DNA of 64,000 nucleotides from an uncultured Planctomycetota bacterium (lineage in GTDB: Bacteria > Planctomycetota > Planctomycetia > Pirellulales > Lacipirellulaceae): assembly GCA_963719315.1 (NCBI GenBank), contig CAVRBU010000002.1:1408001-1472000 (forward strand). The letters run 5' to 3'. The notes beneath the pieces were generated by a model, which saw nothing but the letters and a program-made list of their open reading frames with translations, was not told the DNA's origin and made no database searches. The position numbers were made by a program, and so were the translations under genes. Positions 30,445-41,257 of this stretch are shown here, piece by piece (positions within the stretch are counted from its first letter, which is position 1; the number at the start of each line of letters is the position of its first letter).

Positions 30445-33437
30445 ATGAACACGATTTCATGGTTTCATAGTCGCCGGCGGTATTTTGTCTGCGATTTCGG
30501 GTTTCTTCGAGCGCTCGTCGCCGCTTTGATTGTACTGGCCTGCGCCCGCGTTGGCGAAGCCAAACCCGCCGATTCCGTACAGGTGTTCCATTGCGTGTTT
30601 GGCGACGACTGGGACGTGAACTACGATGGCTGGCCCGATCGCTGGGTCCGCAAGTCCGGCGCCGACTATCCGCATTATGTGAACATAGCGATCAAAGACG
30701 ACGATTCAGCCGTCACCAAGAAGTGCCTTACGATTGATTTGGATGGGGCCGCCGCGGCGATCGCCAGCCCGCCGATCGGCGTCATGTCTCGCTTCAGCTA
30801 TGTGTTCGAAGCGCAACTCAAAAATGAAGAGTTGAAGCACAGCACCGTCGTGGTAACGTTGGAATTTCGAGATTTTACCGGCAGCGTGCTGCAATCGATC
30901 GGGACGGAGCCGGTCGGCAACACGAATGGATGGCAGACGATTCGGCTTGGTCCCGTCGAGCCGCGCGACCCGGCGATTGACCGGGCCGTGTTGACTCTGC
31001 AAGTGATTCGCGGCAATAGAGGTGATCTGCAGGGCCGCGTTTCGCTGGCCGATGTGCGGCTCGAACGGCTGCCGCGGATCGATGTTTCAACGAATAACCC
31101 GTTCAATGTTTACACGAAGCCAAGTGACGTCGTCGTCAAATGCGCCCTTTCCGGAATTAGCGAACGGGACCCCGAGATTTACTTTCAATTGCTGGATGGG
31201 TCGAATCGCACGCTGCAATCCCAGCACTTCCGCCTGAACGGCCAACTCATCGTCAACAAGACGAACCGCAATGCCGCTACGTCGGAAAGCGGCGACGGCC
31301 CCAACGGCTATGAAGGCAATCTTGAATGGCGGCCCGATATTCCCGATTACGGATTCTACCGCGTGGTCGTGCGGATGATGAGTTCCAAAGCGGCTGCCGG
31401 GCACAATGAAGGCGAACGGCAATTGGACAGCCGCACGGTGGACCTGGTCGTAGCGCCGCCGCTGGAGATGCCGCGCCGTGGCGAATTCGGCTGGACGCTG
31501 CCCGACGGCGACCGCCCGCTGTCGTTTCAAGAGATGAGCCGGCTCCTGTCGGAGGTCGGAATCAATTGGGCCAAGGTGCCCGTCTGGTTCGACGCCAACG
31601 ATCCGCGCCGCGGTGACGAGTTGATTCGTTTCGTCGAATTGCTGGGCGCTTCGAACATTGATGTCGTGGGCATTCTCGACCATCCGCCCAACCTGCAGGC
31701 CAATAGCGGCCACCCGTCCCACGAGATTTCGATTGCCGACGTGCTTTCGCAGGATTCATCCACCTGGTCCACGGCGTTAGAGCCCGTCATGTCGCGGCTT
31801 GCCTTGCGCGTCCGCTGGTGGCAGCTTGGCCGCGACTACGATACGAGCCTGATCGGCGTGCCGACGCTCAACAAACGCATCAACGACCTGCGTTCCGCGC
31901 TGTTCCGTTTTGGCCAGGACGTTCGCATGGGCCTGTGCGCCGACTGGGAAGGCGCCGACACGTACACGGGCGACGTTTCCTGGGACTTTGTGCAGCTCGC
32001 CCTGCAAAGCGAGCCGACCAGCAAGAAATTCGAAGAGTTGCTGTCCCGCCCGCGCCAGAATTCGGCACAGCGGTGGATCGTGGTCGATCCGCCCTCGCTG
32101 GCCAACTTTCAATCGCCGCCGAGCGCGGCGGACGTTGCGATTTGCGCGCCGCATGGACTGGCTTTTTGCGGTTCGGCGTTTCAATTTCCGGCTTACATTC
32201 AATCGGCAACCGAAGCGCCGCAAAAGAGCGAGGCGGTCCGCACGGCTCGCGCGAGCGAGTTCGTCCATCGACTGATTTCCGCCAAATTACACGGGGCCGA
32301 CGCGATCATCATCCCCAAGCCTTTCGATGATGACAAAGGGTTGATGCGCACCGACGGCATGCCGGCCGAATTGCTACTGCCGTGGCGCACGACCGCGGCG
32401 ATGCTGGGCGGAGCGAAGTACCTGGGCGAAATGCAGCTTCCGTCGAACAGCGAGAACCGCATCTTCTTGCGACCCGATAGGCAGGTCGTAATGGTCGCCT
32501 GGAACCGCAAACCGACCCGCGAGGTCTTGTATCTCGGCCCGAACGTGCGGCAGTTCGACCTCCTGGGCCGCGCAAACCGGTGGCTCAGCAAGACCACGAG
32601 CAAGCAATTGACGTTGGCCCGACGCCCACGTTCGTGCTCGGCTTGCACGAAGCGATCACGCGTTGGCGAATGAACGCCAAATTCGAAACGACGCAAGTCC
32701 CCAGCGTCTTTTCCAAGCCGCATCACAACGCACTGGCGTTCAAGAACTTTTTCCCACAGGGTGTTGGCGGGTCCGTGAAAATCGTCGTCTTGCAAGCCCA
32801 GGACGCGAACGAATCGGCCGGCCGTTCGGACGCAGTCGCCACCGGCTTTGCGCTCGATCGCTGGACGATCGAGCCGCCACACGCCGCCTTTCAGCTAGCG
32901 GCCGATGCGGAAACCAAGTTTCCGTTCGATATCAAACTGAAAAACGCCCTTTACGGCAAGCAGCCGATCCGCGTCGATTTCGTCATCGAAGCCGACGAGC
33001 GACTGGAGTTCAGCGTGTATCGCGATATGGAAGTCGGCACCGAAGACATCGCGCTCGAATTGAAGTCGCACCTCGACAAAGACGGCACGCTCATTGTCGA
33101 ACAATTCATGACCAATCGCACGGACCGGCTGGCGGATTTCAAATGCCACCTGCGTTCAAAGGGGCATCAGCCGCAACGGATGCAAGTCTACCGCTTGGGT
33201 CGCCAACAAGATCGCAAAGTCTATCGCCTTCCCGACGGCCGCGATCTGGTCGGCAAGGAAATGCTCTTGGAAATCGAAGAGGTCAACGGCCCGCGGATGC
33301 TTAACTACCGTTTCGTCGCTAGCGATCAAGTGAAGAGTTACGTTGAGTCCGAGGGAGAAGAAGCCGCGAAACCCGACAGCGAAAACAAGGCAAATCCGAG
33401 CGACGCTCCACGGCCGCTCGCGAAGCTGGGATCTTGA
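30445..33437 (+). CDS. Large secreted hypothetical protein; frame break near 32575
   Basis: Signal-like N-terminus; the 786-aa and 285-aa ORFs overlap and read as one protein. Confidence 0.65.
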
Positions 33438-33685
33438 CGATTAGGTAAACGGCGACATGCCCCCAAGTGGGGCCCGCGTAATGCTCGCGTCCTGCTCGGT
33501 TGACCGCCATTGGCTCACATCTAAAATGGGGGATGCGACATGAGGTCGCGCGACCCGCTGCGAATGGACTTGCTAGCGATAAACGTGTCGCTGAAGTCGA
33601 AAGACTTCAGGCCTGCTGGAGCGGTCGAAATACTTGTGAATTCCGCTACAGCTCATAGGTTGTTCCTTTGCGAGAAGTGTGCGTC

Positions 33686-34456
33686 ATGCAATCACCGCCC
33701 CGCGTTCTGACGGCGTTACCAGTTTACAACGAAGTCTCGCACGTAAACCCGGTGCTTGATGAAGTGGTTCGTTACGCCGGCGATGTACTAGTCGTCGACG
33801 ACGGGTCGACCGATGGAACTTCGGATTTACTCTCAGCGCGGCCGGATATCCGCCGCATCCGTCACGAAAAAAACCGCGGCTATGGTGCAGCGCTGATCAC
33901 CGCGTTTCAGTACGCGATCGAGAATCGATACGACGTACTCGTGACGATCGATTGCGATGGCCAGCACGAGCCGCAGCGAATCGGCCAACTGGTCGCCGCG
34001 TGTGGCCACGCCGATATCGTCTCCGGCAGCCGTTACCTGCGAAATATGGAGCAAGCCCACCGCGCGCCGGCCGAACGCCGCCATATCAATACGCAAATCA
34101 CCTACGAACTGAACGAATGCCTCGGACTGTCGCTGACCGATGCGTTCTGCGGCTTCAAGGCGTATCGCGTGCCGGTGCTCGCAAAACTTTCGATCACTGA
34201 GCCGGGCTACGGCATGCCGATCGAATTGTGGGTGCAGGCGGCACTGCATGAGTTGCGAATTGTCGAACTGCCCGTTCCGCTCATCTACTTGGAGGAAGCC
34301 CGCAGCTTCGGCGGCAGCTTGGACGATGGTGGCAAACGGCTCGAGTACTATCATCGCGTGCTCGACAGCGCGATGGCGGCCGCGCAAGCCGAAATTGTTG
34401 CCGGACCGCCGCACGATGCGGTGCCGGAAAATCCCAAGACTGGTTGTACGTGTTAG
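33686..34456 (+). CDS. Glycosyltransferase family 2
   Basis: LPVYNE, VVDDGSTDGT, NRGYG, DCDGQH. Confidence 0.92.
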   Translation: MQSPPRVLTALPVYNEVSHVNPVLDEVVRYAGDVLVVDDGSTDGTSDLLSARPDIRRIRHEKNRGYGAALITAFQYAIENRYDVLVTIDCDGQHEPQRIGQLVAACGHADIVSGSRYLRNMEQAHRAPAERRHINTQITYELNECLGLSLTDAFCGFKAYRVPVLAKLSITEPGYGMPIELWVQAALHELRIVELPVPLIYLEEARSFGGSLDDGGKRLEYYHRVLDSAMAAAQAEIVAGPPHDAVPENPKTGCTC

Positions 34457-34498
34457 CACCAAGCGCCTCCTTCCCCCAACTCAGCCGCTCATTGAACC

Positions 34499-36142
34499 AT
34501 GCTGATGGAACGTGCCGTTGAGTTCCGGAGATTGCGTGCACCGCAGGGCGACGGCCAATCGTTGATCGATCCGGCGTGGTCGATGCTGCCGCAAGTCGTT
34601 GCTCGCAACCGCGAGCTGCTCACCGACATTCGGTACGATCTGCACGGGCGGTCGCTGGCGGAGTTGAGCGCCTCGGCCCGGCGAAACCTTGTGCAATTCG
34701 CCGTCGCTTATACGAGCCTCTATCGAAATGTCCCCGAGCGTTGGCAACAATGCGAGCGTCTGGCGGGCGTGCCATTCATTCTCTCGGGGCATCAGCCAGA
34801 ATTGTTTCACCCCGGCGTGTGGTACAAGAACTTCGTGCTGGGCGGCCTGGCACGGCGAACGGAGGGCGTCGGAATCCATCTGCTCATCGATAGCGACTTG
34901 TGCCGCAGCGCTTCGATCCGTGTTCCGACCGGTTCGGTCGAGAGCCCGCGCATCGAAGCCGTACCTTACGACAAGCCCTCGGCCGAAGTACCTTACGAAG
35001 AACGCGCGATTCGAGACATGGCCACGTACAGCAGCTTTGCCGAACGCGCGAGTGCCGTCGTGCGGCCGCTCGTGGCCGAGCCGATGGTCGCGGCCTTTTG
35101 GTCGCTGAGCATCAAGCGTAATTCGAGGCAAACAAATCTCGGCCTGCGACTGGCGCAAGGCCGACACGCTTTCGAAGAATCCTGGCACAACGAGACGCTC
35201 GAGTTGCCGCAAAGCGCCGTCTGCCAACTGCCGGAGTTTGCTTGGTTCGTGGCGCATCTGTTGGCCCACTTGCCGCGTTTCTGGCAGGCACACAATGACG
35301 CGCTCGCCATGTATCGCCACGCGCATCGCTTGCGGAATCGAGCGCAGCCGGTGCCCGATCTGTCGGCCACCGATGGCTGGCTCGAAGCGCCGTTTTGGAT
35401 TTGGTCGACCGAAGATCCGGAGCGGCGGCCGCTCTTCGCGCGGCAAAACGGTCGCCAGGTCGAGATCAGCGATCGGCAGGCGCGTACGATTTCGCTGCCG
35501 CTTACCGAAGAGGGCGACGCCGCTTCCGCAGCCGAACAGTTGGCCTCGCTCTCGGCGCAAGGCATCAAGCTCCGCACCCGTGCGCTCTCGACGACGCTCT
35601 TCGCGCGATTGGTGCTGAGCGACATTTTCCTGCACGGCATTGGCGGAGCCAAATATGACCAGGTAACCGATCAAATCGCGCGGCTCTTTTTCGGCGTCGA
35701 GCCGCCGGAAATTGCGACGGTTTCCGCCACGCTGCGACTCCCGGTGAATTGCGCGGCCCACGATTGCTCGGCCGCCGGACAGTGGGACGAGCGGCTCCGC
35801 GAACTGCGTTATCATCCGGAACATTTTGTCGATTCCGGCGAGAACCACACGAATGGCGATGCGCGAGCGGCCGCGGATATCATCGCCACGAAGCAGCGCT
35901 GGTTGCAAACGCCTAAGTCGCCGCAAAACGCACACGAACGGCACGTGGCGATCGCGCGGGCCAACGAAGCGCTGCAGCCATACGTCGCCCCGTTGCGGGA
36001 CCAGATCGAACGCGAGCGGCACGATATTCAGCAGCACAAACGGAGCGAAGCGATTTTGCGTTCACGCGAGTATTCGTTTTGCCTGTACCCCCGCCGGCAC
36101 TTCGACAAGCTGTTGGCGGAACCGTCGTTGGACCTGGCGTAG
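34499..36142 (+). CDS. Conserved hypothetical protein, possible distant BshC-like fold
   Basis: 547-aa ORF; ILSGHQPELFHPG..KN and HGIGGAKYD motifs. Confidence 0.6.
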   Translation: MLMERAVEFRRLRAPQGDGQSLIDPAWSMLPQVVARNRELLTDIRYDLHGRSLAELSASARRNLVQFAVAYTSLYRNVPERWQQCERLAGVPFILSGHQPELFHPGVWYKNFVLGGLARRTEGVGIHLLIDSDLCRSASIRVPTGSVESPRIEAVPYDKPSAEVPYEERAIRDMATYSSFAERASAVVRPLVAEPMVAAFWSLSIKRNSRQTNLGLRLAQGRHAFEESWHNETLELPQSAVCQLPEFAWFVAHLLAHLPRFWQAHNDALAMYRHAHRLRNRAQPVPDLSATDGWLEAPFWIWSTEDPERRPLFARQNGRQVEISDRQARTISLPLTEEGDAASAAEQLASLSAQGIKLRTRALSTTLFARLVLSDIFLHGIGGAKYDQVTDQIARLFFGVEPPEIATVSATLRLPVNCAAHDCSAAGQWDERLRELRYHPEHFVDSGENHTNGDARAAADIIATKQRWLQTPKSPQNAHERHVAIARANEALQPYVAPLRDQIERERHDIQQHKRSEAILRSREYSFCLYPRRHFDKLLAEPSLDLA

Positions 36143-36182
36143 CCGAACTCTTGCGCATTCAGCTCCGGGGCGAATAGAGGGA

Positions 36183-36590
36183 CTACTTCTTCCGCAATTG
36201 CCCCACGCTCGACTGAAAGTAGCGTTGGCGCCGCTTGGCGATTTCGGGCTCCGTGGACGATTGCTGTGATTTGAGATCCTCTATGCTGGCCGCGCAGTAG
36301 CGGCATTGGATCTTTTCGATGTGAAATGCGATGTATTGGGCGACGTCGCGCGGGAGCACGCCTAATAGGTAGCTACCCAGTTGTTCTCGCGGCGGGCAGC
36401 TTAGCCGATGCCGCCGCCAGATATCGCCGAGCGAATGAACGCCAGCGTCCCGCCGGCCGTTAATCGAGGTGAGCTGCTTTTGCAATTCATCGTCGCGGCG
36501 CAGCGCGTCCTCAATCGCCGCCATTCGTTCGATCGGCAGCGACTCGTCGAGAAACGCTTCAAGCTCGGAGTTGGAAAACTCTATGGACAT
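36183..36590 (-). CDS. Soluble zf-HC2-like anti-sigma-type protein
   Basis: CP..EQL.SYLLG...HIEKIQCRYC; no TM; follows the ECF gene. Confidence 0.7.
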   Translation of the reverse strand: MSIEFSNSELEAFLDESLPIERMAAIEDALRRDDELQKQLTSINGRRDAGVHSLGDIWRRHRLSCPPREQLGSYLLGVLPRDVAQYIAFHIEKIQCRYCAASIEDLKSQQSSTEPEIAKRRQRYFQSSVGQLRKK

Positions 36591-36723
36591 AGCGAATTCA
36601 TTTCTCGCAATGGCGCTTGTATCAGTAGGGTGTGTCGAGTCCGCGAGACACACCTATTGAACATTCCTGGTGCGTCTCGAAGCCCCGGCGCACCTACATC
36701 CACATATGAATCTCATTCCTATT

Positions 36724-37377
36724 TCAACTTGAATCGTTGGAGTAAAGCTCCGGGAACACATCTTCATTCAACCGCTGATTCTTGACCAACTTCCGCAACC
36801 GATCGAGAAAATCGAATTTGAAGTTGGCCACTTGTTGTTCCGTAATGCCCAGGGCTGTCGCAACGTCTTTGTTGGCCGCGCCGCGCACAAACAGTAGCTC
36901 CATGCACTTCACTTTTTCCCAATCGCCCTTCGTGCGCAAGTGATCGATCTGTTCGGCCATGCCGCGGGCGAGCGCTTCTTCTTCGAGCTCACGGCGTTCG
37001 CCGCTGCGGGCGATGCTGCTGGCCGGCCGATCGCCGCCCGGCATGTCCCACGAGCCGCCGCCACTGGATGCCGTGGACGAGAACGGGAGCGCGGGTCGCC
37101 GCCCCTCGCGCCGCAGGTAATCCGTCAGCTTGTGGGCGGCGATTGAAAACAAGTAGCTTTCGAGCGGCCGCCGGGTGTCGTAATTCGGCAAGCTGGTGAG
37201 AAAGCCGATGAACGTTTCTTGCACCACGTCTTCGCTCGAGGCCCGCCGTCGCAGCCGGCTGTCGACGAACGACAGCAACCGGCCCTCGTACTGCGCGATG
37301 AGCGCATTCCAGGCATCGGGCTGGCCGGAGCGGATTTGCTCCACCAACAGCAGGTCGGGGTGGGGCGAGTTGGCCAT
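36724..37377 (-). CDS. ECF RNA polymerase sigma factor
   Basis: AWNALIAQY, SEDVVQETF, YLFSIAAHK, region-4 HTH. Confidence 0.9.
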   Translation of the reverse strand: MANSPHPDLLLVEQIRSGQPDAWNALIAQYEGRLLSFVDSRLRRRASSEDVVQETFIGFLTSLPNYDTRRPLESYLFSIAAHKLTDYLRREGRRPALPFSSTASSGGGSWDMPGGDRPASSIARSGERRELEEEALARGMAEQIDHLRTKGDWEKVKCMELLFVRGAANKDVATALGITEQQVANFKFDFLDRLRKLVKNQRLNEDVFPELYSNDSS

Positions 37378-37390
37378 TTGCCGGAGCGGT

Positions 37391-39046
37391 TTAGAAAATG
37401 TGGAGGGGATCAGCCCACAATAACAACGCGATACCGATTATCGCCGCCGGCACGCCCAGAAACAACCGCTTTGTATAATAACCCTTGGTGGCAGTATCGA
37501 TTTTCAAAAGGCCCCAAACCACGCTCAATAGGCCCAACACCGAGGCCGCGCTCACGCCGACCTTGGAAAACTGCATCTGTCGCCGGTAGCCGTCCCAGCG
37601 TTCGCGAAGCTCCTGGTCAACCTTCGGTGTGAATTCGACCAGCGTGTACATCTTCTTCATCGGACCCACGGAACGCTCGACCGACTCGACGTACTCATCT
37701 TTCGCAATTTCGCGGAGCGCGTAATCCAGCGTAACTCCGCTCGACGTCAATCGGGTCAATCGAGAGTCGGCCGAGGCAAGTTCCGAACTTAACTTGTGAT
37801 CCGCAAGATTGCTCTGGTAGGGGACTCCAATTAACTTCTGGATATGCTCGTATACCTTGAGCATGAGCCCGATATTTCGAGCCCGCTCACATTCTTCTTC
37901 GGTCGACCATTCGTCGGTCACAATCACTTCCGATTGGACATCGCCGACGCGCTTGGGAGGGTTATTGACCCAACTGGGTCGCGTGGAAGCAGAATCGTGC
38001 GTCGGTGATTCGGCCCCAACTGGTTTTTCGAATTTGAACGGATTCGACAAAGGATCATCCGAACTTGCAGAAGGTGCGGCATGATTCTCGGCGTGTGCGG
38101 AGGCGTGGATCGAATGGTCGTCTTTAGACGCTGAACTTGCCGCGGCAAAGCTTTCGGCTGAGCTAGCTGGGCGCTTTTGTTTTGACGAACGACGATCCTT
38201 TCCGACGTTAGTCGGCTTGGGGGGCGATACGGTCGCCGCTAGCGGCGGCAGGGGCGGCAGAGGCGCGACACCCGCTTGCGCGGCGGCTGCCGCAAACAGC
38301 ACGGCCGGCGCGGCCGTGGGCGCCATCGGGGCCTGCAGCGCGATGCGCGGAGCGTCGAACTTATCCATCAGCTCGTGGATGTCCATATCTTCGATCTGCT
38401 TTTGAACGTTGGCGCTCATCGAGGCCACGCGCTGTGCAACAGCTTGCTGCTGCCTCATGATCGCCTCCTGTTGCTTGCGAGTTGCTTCGTTGGTCTGTTG
38501 GGCAAGGTCGGCTCCGCGGCGATTTGTTGATGATTGATAGCGAGCATTGCCAAGGACAAATAAAGCCAGAAGGGGCAGCGCGACAAACGCCGGCCAAATT
38601 CGACCGCGTCCGCAGGCGGCGGAACGGGAGAACCCGCGCCGGGCGGCAAGCACCAACAGCGCAAGGATCCCCACTACAATAAAAATCAGCGGAGTAATTG
38701 CAATGTTCCAAGTTGTATTATCGCGAGTTAGCGAAATCGGTGTCGGCTGCGGTACGCCGTTGATCGTCCAGTGTGGTGTGCTAATCACAGGGTTGCCGAG
38801 TGATTTCATCGCGCCTGGATCGACCCTGCTTTGCGAATACCAAAAAAACATGAACAGCAAGGCAACCCCGAATAGAAGTCCCATGAATCCCAAGCCGCCA
38901 ATCAACAGCGCAGCACCTAAACGGCGATTCGCAATTGCCAGTACGATCAGCGCGACTAAAGTTGCGAAGCCGCCGAGCACGACGAGTAGCATCAACGATA
39001 GAACTGCCATCGAAGCCTCTGCTAGAATCAATCCTTCTACAGCCAT
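37391..39046 (-). CDS. Multi-pass membrane hypothetical protein
   Basis: N- and C-terminal TM helices with a soluble central region; operon position. Confidence 0.7.
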   Translation of the reverse strand: MAVEGLILAEASMAVLSLMLLVVLGGFATLVALIVLAIANRRLGAALLIGGLGFMGLLFGVALLFMFFWYSQSRVDPGAMKSLGNPVISTPHWTINGVPQPTPISLTRDNTTWNIAITPLIFIVVGILALLVLAARRGFSRSAACGRGRIWPAFVALPLLALFVLGNARYQSSTNRRGADLAQQTNEATRKQQEAIMRQQQAVAQRVASMSANVQKQIEDMDIHELMDKFDAPRIALQAPMAPTAAPAVLFAAAAAQAGVAPLPPLPPLAATVSPPKPTNVGKDRRSSKQKRPASSAESFAAASSASKDDHSIHASAHAENHAAPSASSDDPLSNPFKFEKPVGAESPTHDSASTRPSWVNNPPKRVGDVQSEVIVTDEWSTEEECERARNIGLMLKVYEHIQKLIGVPYQSNLADHKLSSELASADSRLTRLTSSGVTLDYALREIAKDEYVESVERSVGPMKKMYTLVEFTPKVDQELRERWDGYRRQMQFSKVGVSAASVLGLLSVVWGLLKIDTATKGYYTKRLFLGVPAAIIGIALLLWADPLHIF

Positions 39047-39059
39047 CGAAGTATCCGCC

Positions 39060-41180
39060 TCACATCCCAGGTTTGTCCGGTATTTCACTGAGCGCCCGCC
39101 GTTGGCTGGGTGGCATCCACGGGCTAGCTAACTGTGTTGCGACCGCAATGGTGCCGGCGGCCATCATGCCGAGCGGCTGTGGAAACCACCAAAAGAGGTG
39201 TAGCAGCCAGGCCCATCCGGCACACGTGATCGCGCACCACAAGCTCATCCGCGTGGCACGCGTGTACTCGGTCTGCCGCCACCACCGAGGCACAAGAAAC
39301 AGGAATGCAAAGTACGCGACGTAAACCGCGATGGCCGGATTGGCGCCGTTGTCGCCCTGAGGCCAGCCGAGCATTCCGTGCGTCACCAGCCCGTTACCGA
39401 CATCAACCGGCTCGTGCCAGCCCGGCGACTTGAGCATCAAGGTATCGCCGAGGAACCACGCCGACACGCCGACCAGCGTCCCCAGCAACAGCAGCGAGAT
39501 GCGTATCGGCACGTGGTCTTCCAGCCTGCCCTCGAAAAATTTCGACGGCACGAGCACGGCCCAACTGCCAAGCGTGCCGACGAATGCCAACCACAAATAG
39601 CTTGCGATTTGCTCGGATGACGCCTGGTTACGCAGCAAGAGTGGAGCCACGCAGGCCGCGAGCGCCGCCACGATTGCCGCCACCAACATGGAGCCAATAA
39701 GTTCGGATAGCTTCTCGCGCAACGGTTTGGCAATAAGTTGCTGGTTCGCGCGCTCGCGCCACGTGGACCGCACCGGGCGCATGGGGGAACGAGTGACTCC
39801 CATTTTTCGAATGGCCGCTTCCGTCGCCGCCGGGTCCGGCCAGGCCGCGGTAAGTTTCTCGTCGGCGGTGTCAGCGGCGCCATTCGCGTTCACCTTACCG
39901 ACGCCGCCCGGCGCGGAGTACGCGGTCTTCCGCTGCGCGATGCTCGTCCAAACGATGTAGTAAACGAAATAGCACATTCCCACGGTCATCGCCAGCGAAA
40001 TCGAATTATTGAATCCGTACATCAAGCAGGACGCAACGATTGCAAAAACCACGAGCGCTTTTTTGAGCGGGTTTGCGTGAAATTTTTCGCCGGAAAAGCC
40101 TTCGCGAATCGCCTTCCAAATCGGCTCTTCGTCTCTTTCGGCCACCGCTTTGTTCCAATTCACGACTTGCTTTAGCCCATCCGTGGCAGCCGCATCGGCA
40201 GCCTTTAGCGCCGGGCCGCGCGAAACTGGCCACGCGGATTGCGGCGCGGTTTGGAATTGGGGTTGTGCCTCTACTCGCGGTGAATGAGGAACCGCATCGC
40301 CGCCGGGCAAAAGTGCGATCAACTCGCCGACGTTTTTCAATCTCAGATTCGGATCCTTCGCCAGGGCCCGCTGCACGATATCGCGATACGGCTCAGAGAG
40401 CACGCCTAAATCCGGCTCCGCCGTGAGGTGCTTCATCAACACTTCGCCGATGCTTTCGCCTTGGAACGGCACGTGCCCCGTCAGCATTTCGAACAGGATG
40501 ATGCCGAGCGCGTACGTGTCGATCTCGCGGCCATAGCGGCCGTTGGCGATCTCCGGCGCCATGTAATGCACCGTACCGACGCTCTCGGTCTGGCCGCTGC
40601 GGCGGCTGCAGGAGATGAACTTCGCGAGACCGTAGTCGCCGATCTTGACCGTGCCTTCGTCGAAGAAAATGTTGCCCGGCTTCAAGTCGCGGTGGACGAT
40701 GCCATGATCGTGCAAATACGAAACTCCCGCACAAATTCCCCGCATCCACCACAGCGTTTCTTCGATCGGCATGCCGTTCGGGTGGCGCTCGATCACATCT
40801 TCGAGCGATTCCCCGGAAACGTATTCCATGACGACCCACTGGTCGCCCATGTTGTCGGTTTTGATGTCGTAGAGCGCGATTAGATTCGGGTGCTTCAGAT
40901 TGAGGCACTGCGTGACGCCGCGAAGTTCGACATCCAGATTGCGGCGGATAAGTTTGAGCGCGACTTCCTTGCCGGCGTCGCTGGTGGCGAAATAAACTTC
41001 GCCGAAACCGCCCCGCCCTACTCCGCGCTTGATCGTGTACCCCTCGAGCGGCCGCGCGCCGCTGGCGTACGTGAATTTCATCGTTGCGGCTCGGGGCCGC
41101 TCGGCGTCGTCAATTTCCGGCGCAGGCACGTTCATGGCAGAAAGGTTCTCTCGTTCTAGCGTAGCTGTCGGATTGCCCAT
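39060..41180 (-). CDS. Hanks-type Ser/Thr protein kinase with C-terminal TM bundle
   Basis: GRGGFG, VALK, HRDLKPGN, DYG, GTVHYMAPE. Confidence 0.95.
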   Translation of the reverse strand: MGNPTATLERENLSAMNVPAPEIDDAERPRAATMKFTYASGARPLEGYTIKRGVGRGGFGEVYFATSDAGKEVALKLIRRNLDVELRGVTQCLNLKHPNLIALYDIKTDNMGDQWVVMEYVSGESLEDVIERHPNGMPIEETLWWMRGICAGVSYLHDHGIVHRDLKPGNIFFDEGTVKIGDYGLAKFISCSRRSGQTESVGTVHYMAPEIANGRYGREIDTYALGIILFEMLTGHVPFQGESIGEVLMKHLTAEPDLGVLSEPYRDIVQRALAKDPNLRLKNVGELIALLPGGDAVPHSPRVEAQPQFQTAPQSAWPVSRGPALKAADAAATDGLKQVVNWNKAVAERDEEPIWKAIREGFSGEKFHANPLKKALVVFAIVASCLMYGFNNSISLAMTVGMCYFVYYIVWTSIAQRKTAYSAPGGVGKVNANGAADTADEKLTAAWPDPAATEAAIRKMGVTRSPMRPVRSTWRERANQQLIAKPLREKLSELIGSMLVAAIVAALAACVAPLLLRNQASSEQIASYLWLAFVGTLGSWAVLVPSKFFEGRLEDHVPIRISLLLLGTLVGVSAWFLGDTLMLKSPGWHEPVDVGNGLVTHGMLGWPQGDNGANPAIAVYVAYFAFLFLVPRWWRQTEYTRATRMSLWCAITCAGWAWLLHLFWWFPQPLGMMAAGTIAVATQLASPWMPPSQRRALSEIPDKPGM

Positions 41181-41193
41181 CTGTCTAGGTAAC

Positions 41194-41257
41194 GTAGGTC
41201 AGGCTTTGGCCTGACACGTCCTTCGGTTCTAGCAGGTCAGGGCTAAAGCCTGACCTA
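41194..41257. repeat. GTAG-type REP doublet
   Basis: GTAGGTCAGGCTTTGGCCTGAC ... GTCAGGGCTAAAGCCTGACCTAC inverted pair. Confidence 0.75.

Noticed and set aside
34481..36037. Long antisense ORFs (also 6285-7520, 42480-43841, 47260-48333)
   Set aside because: Shadows of real genes in GC-rich DNA, with no recognisable motifs or RBS.
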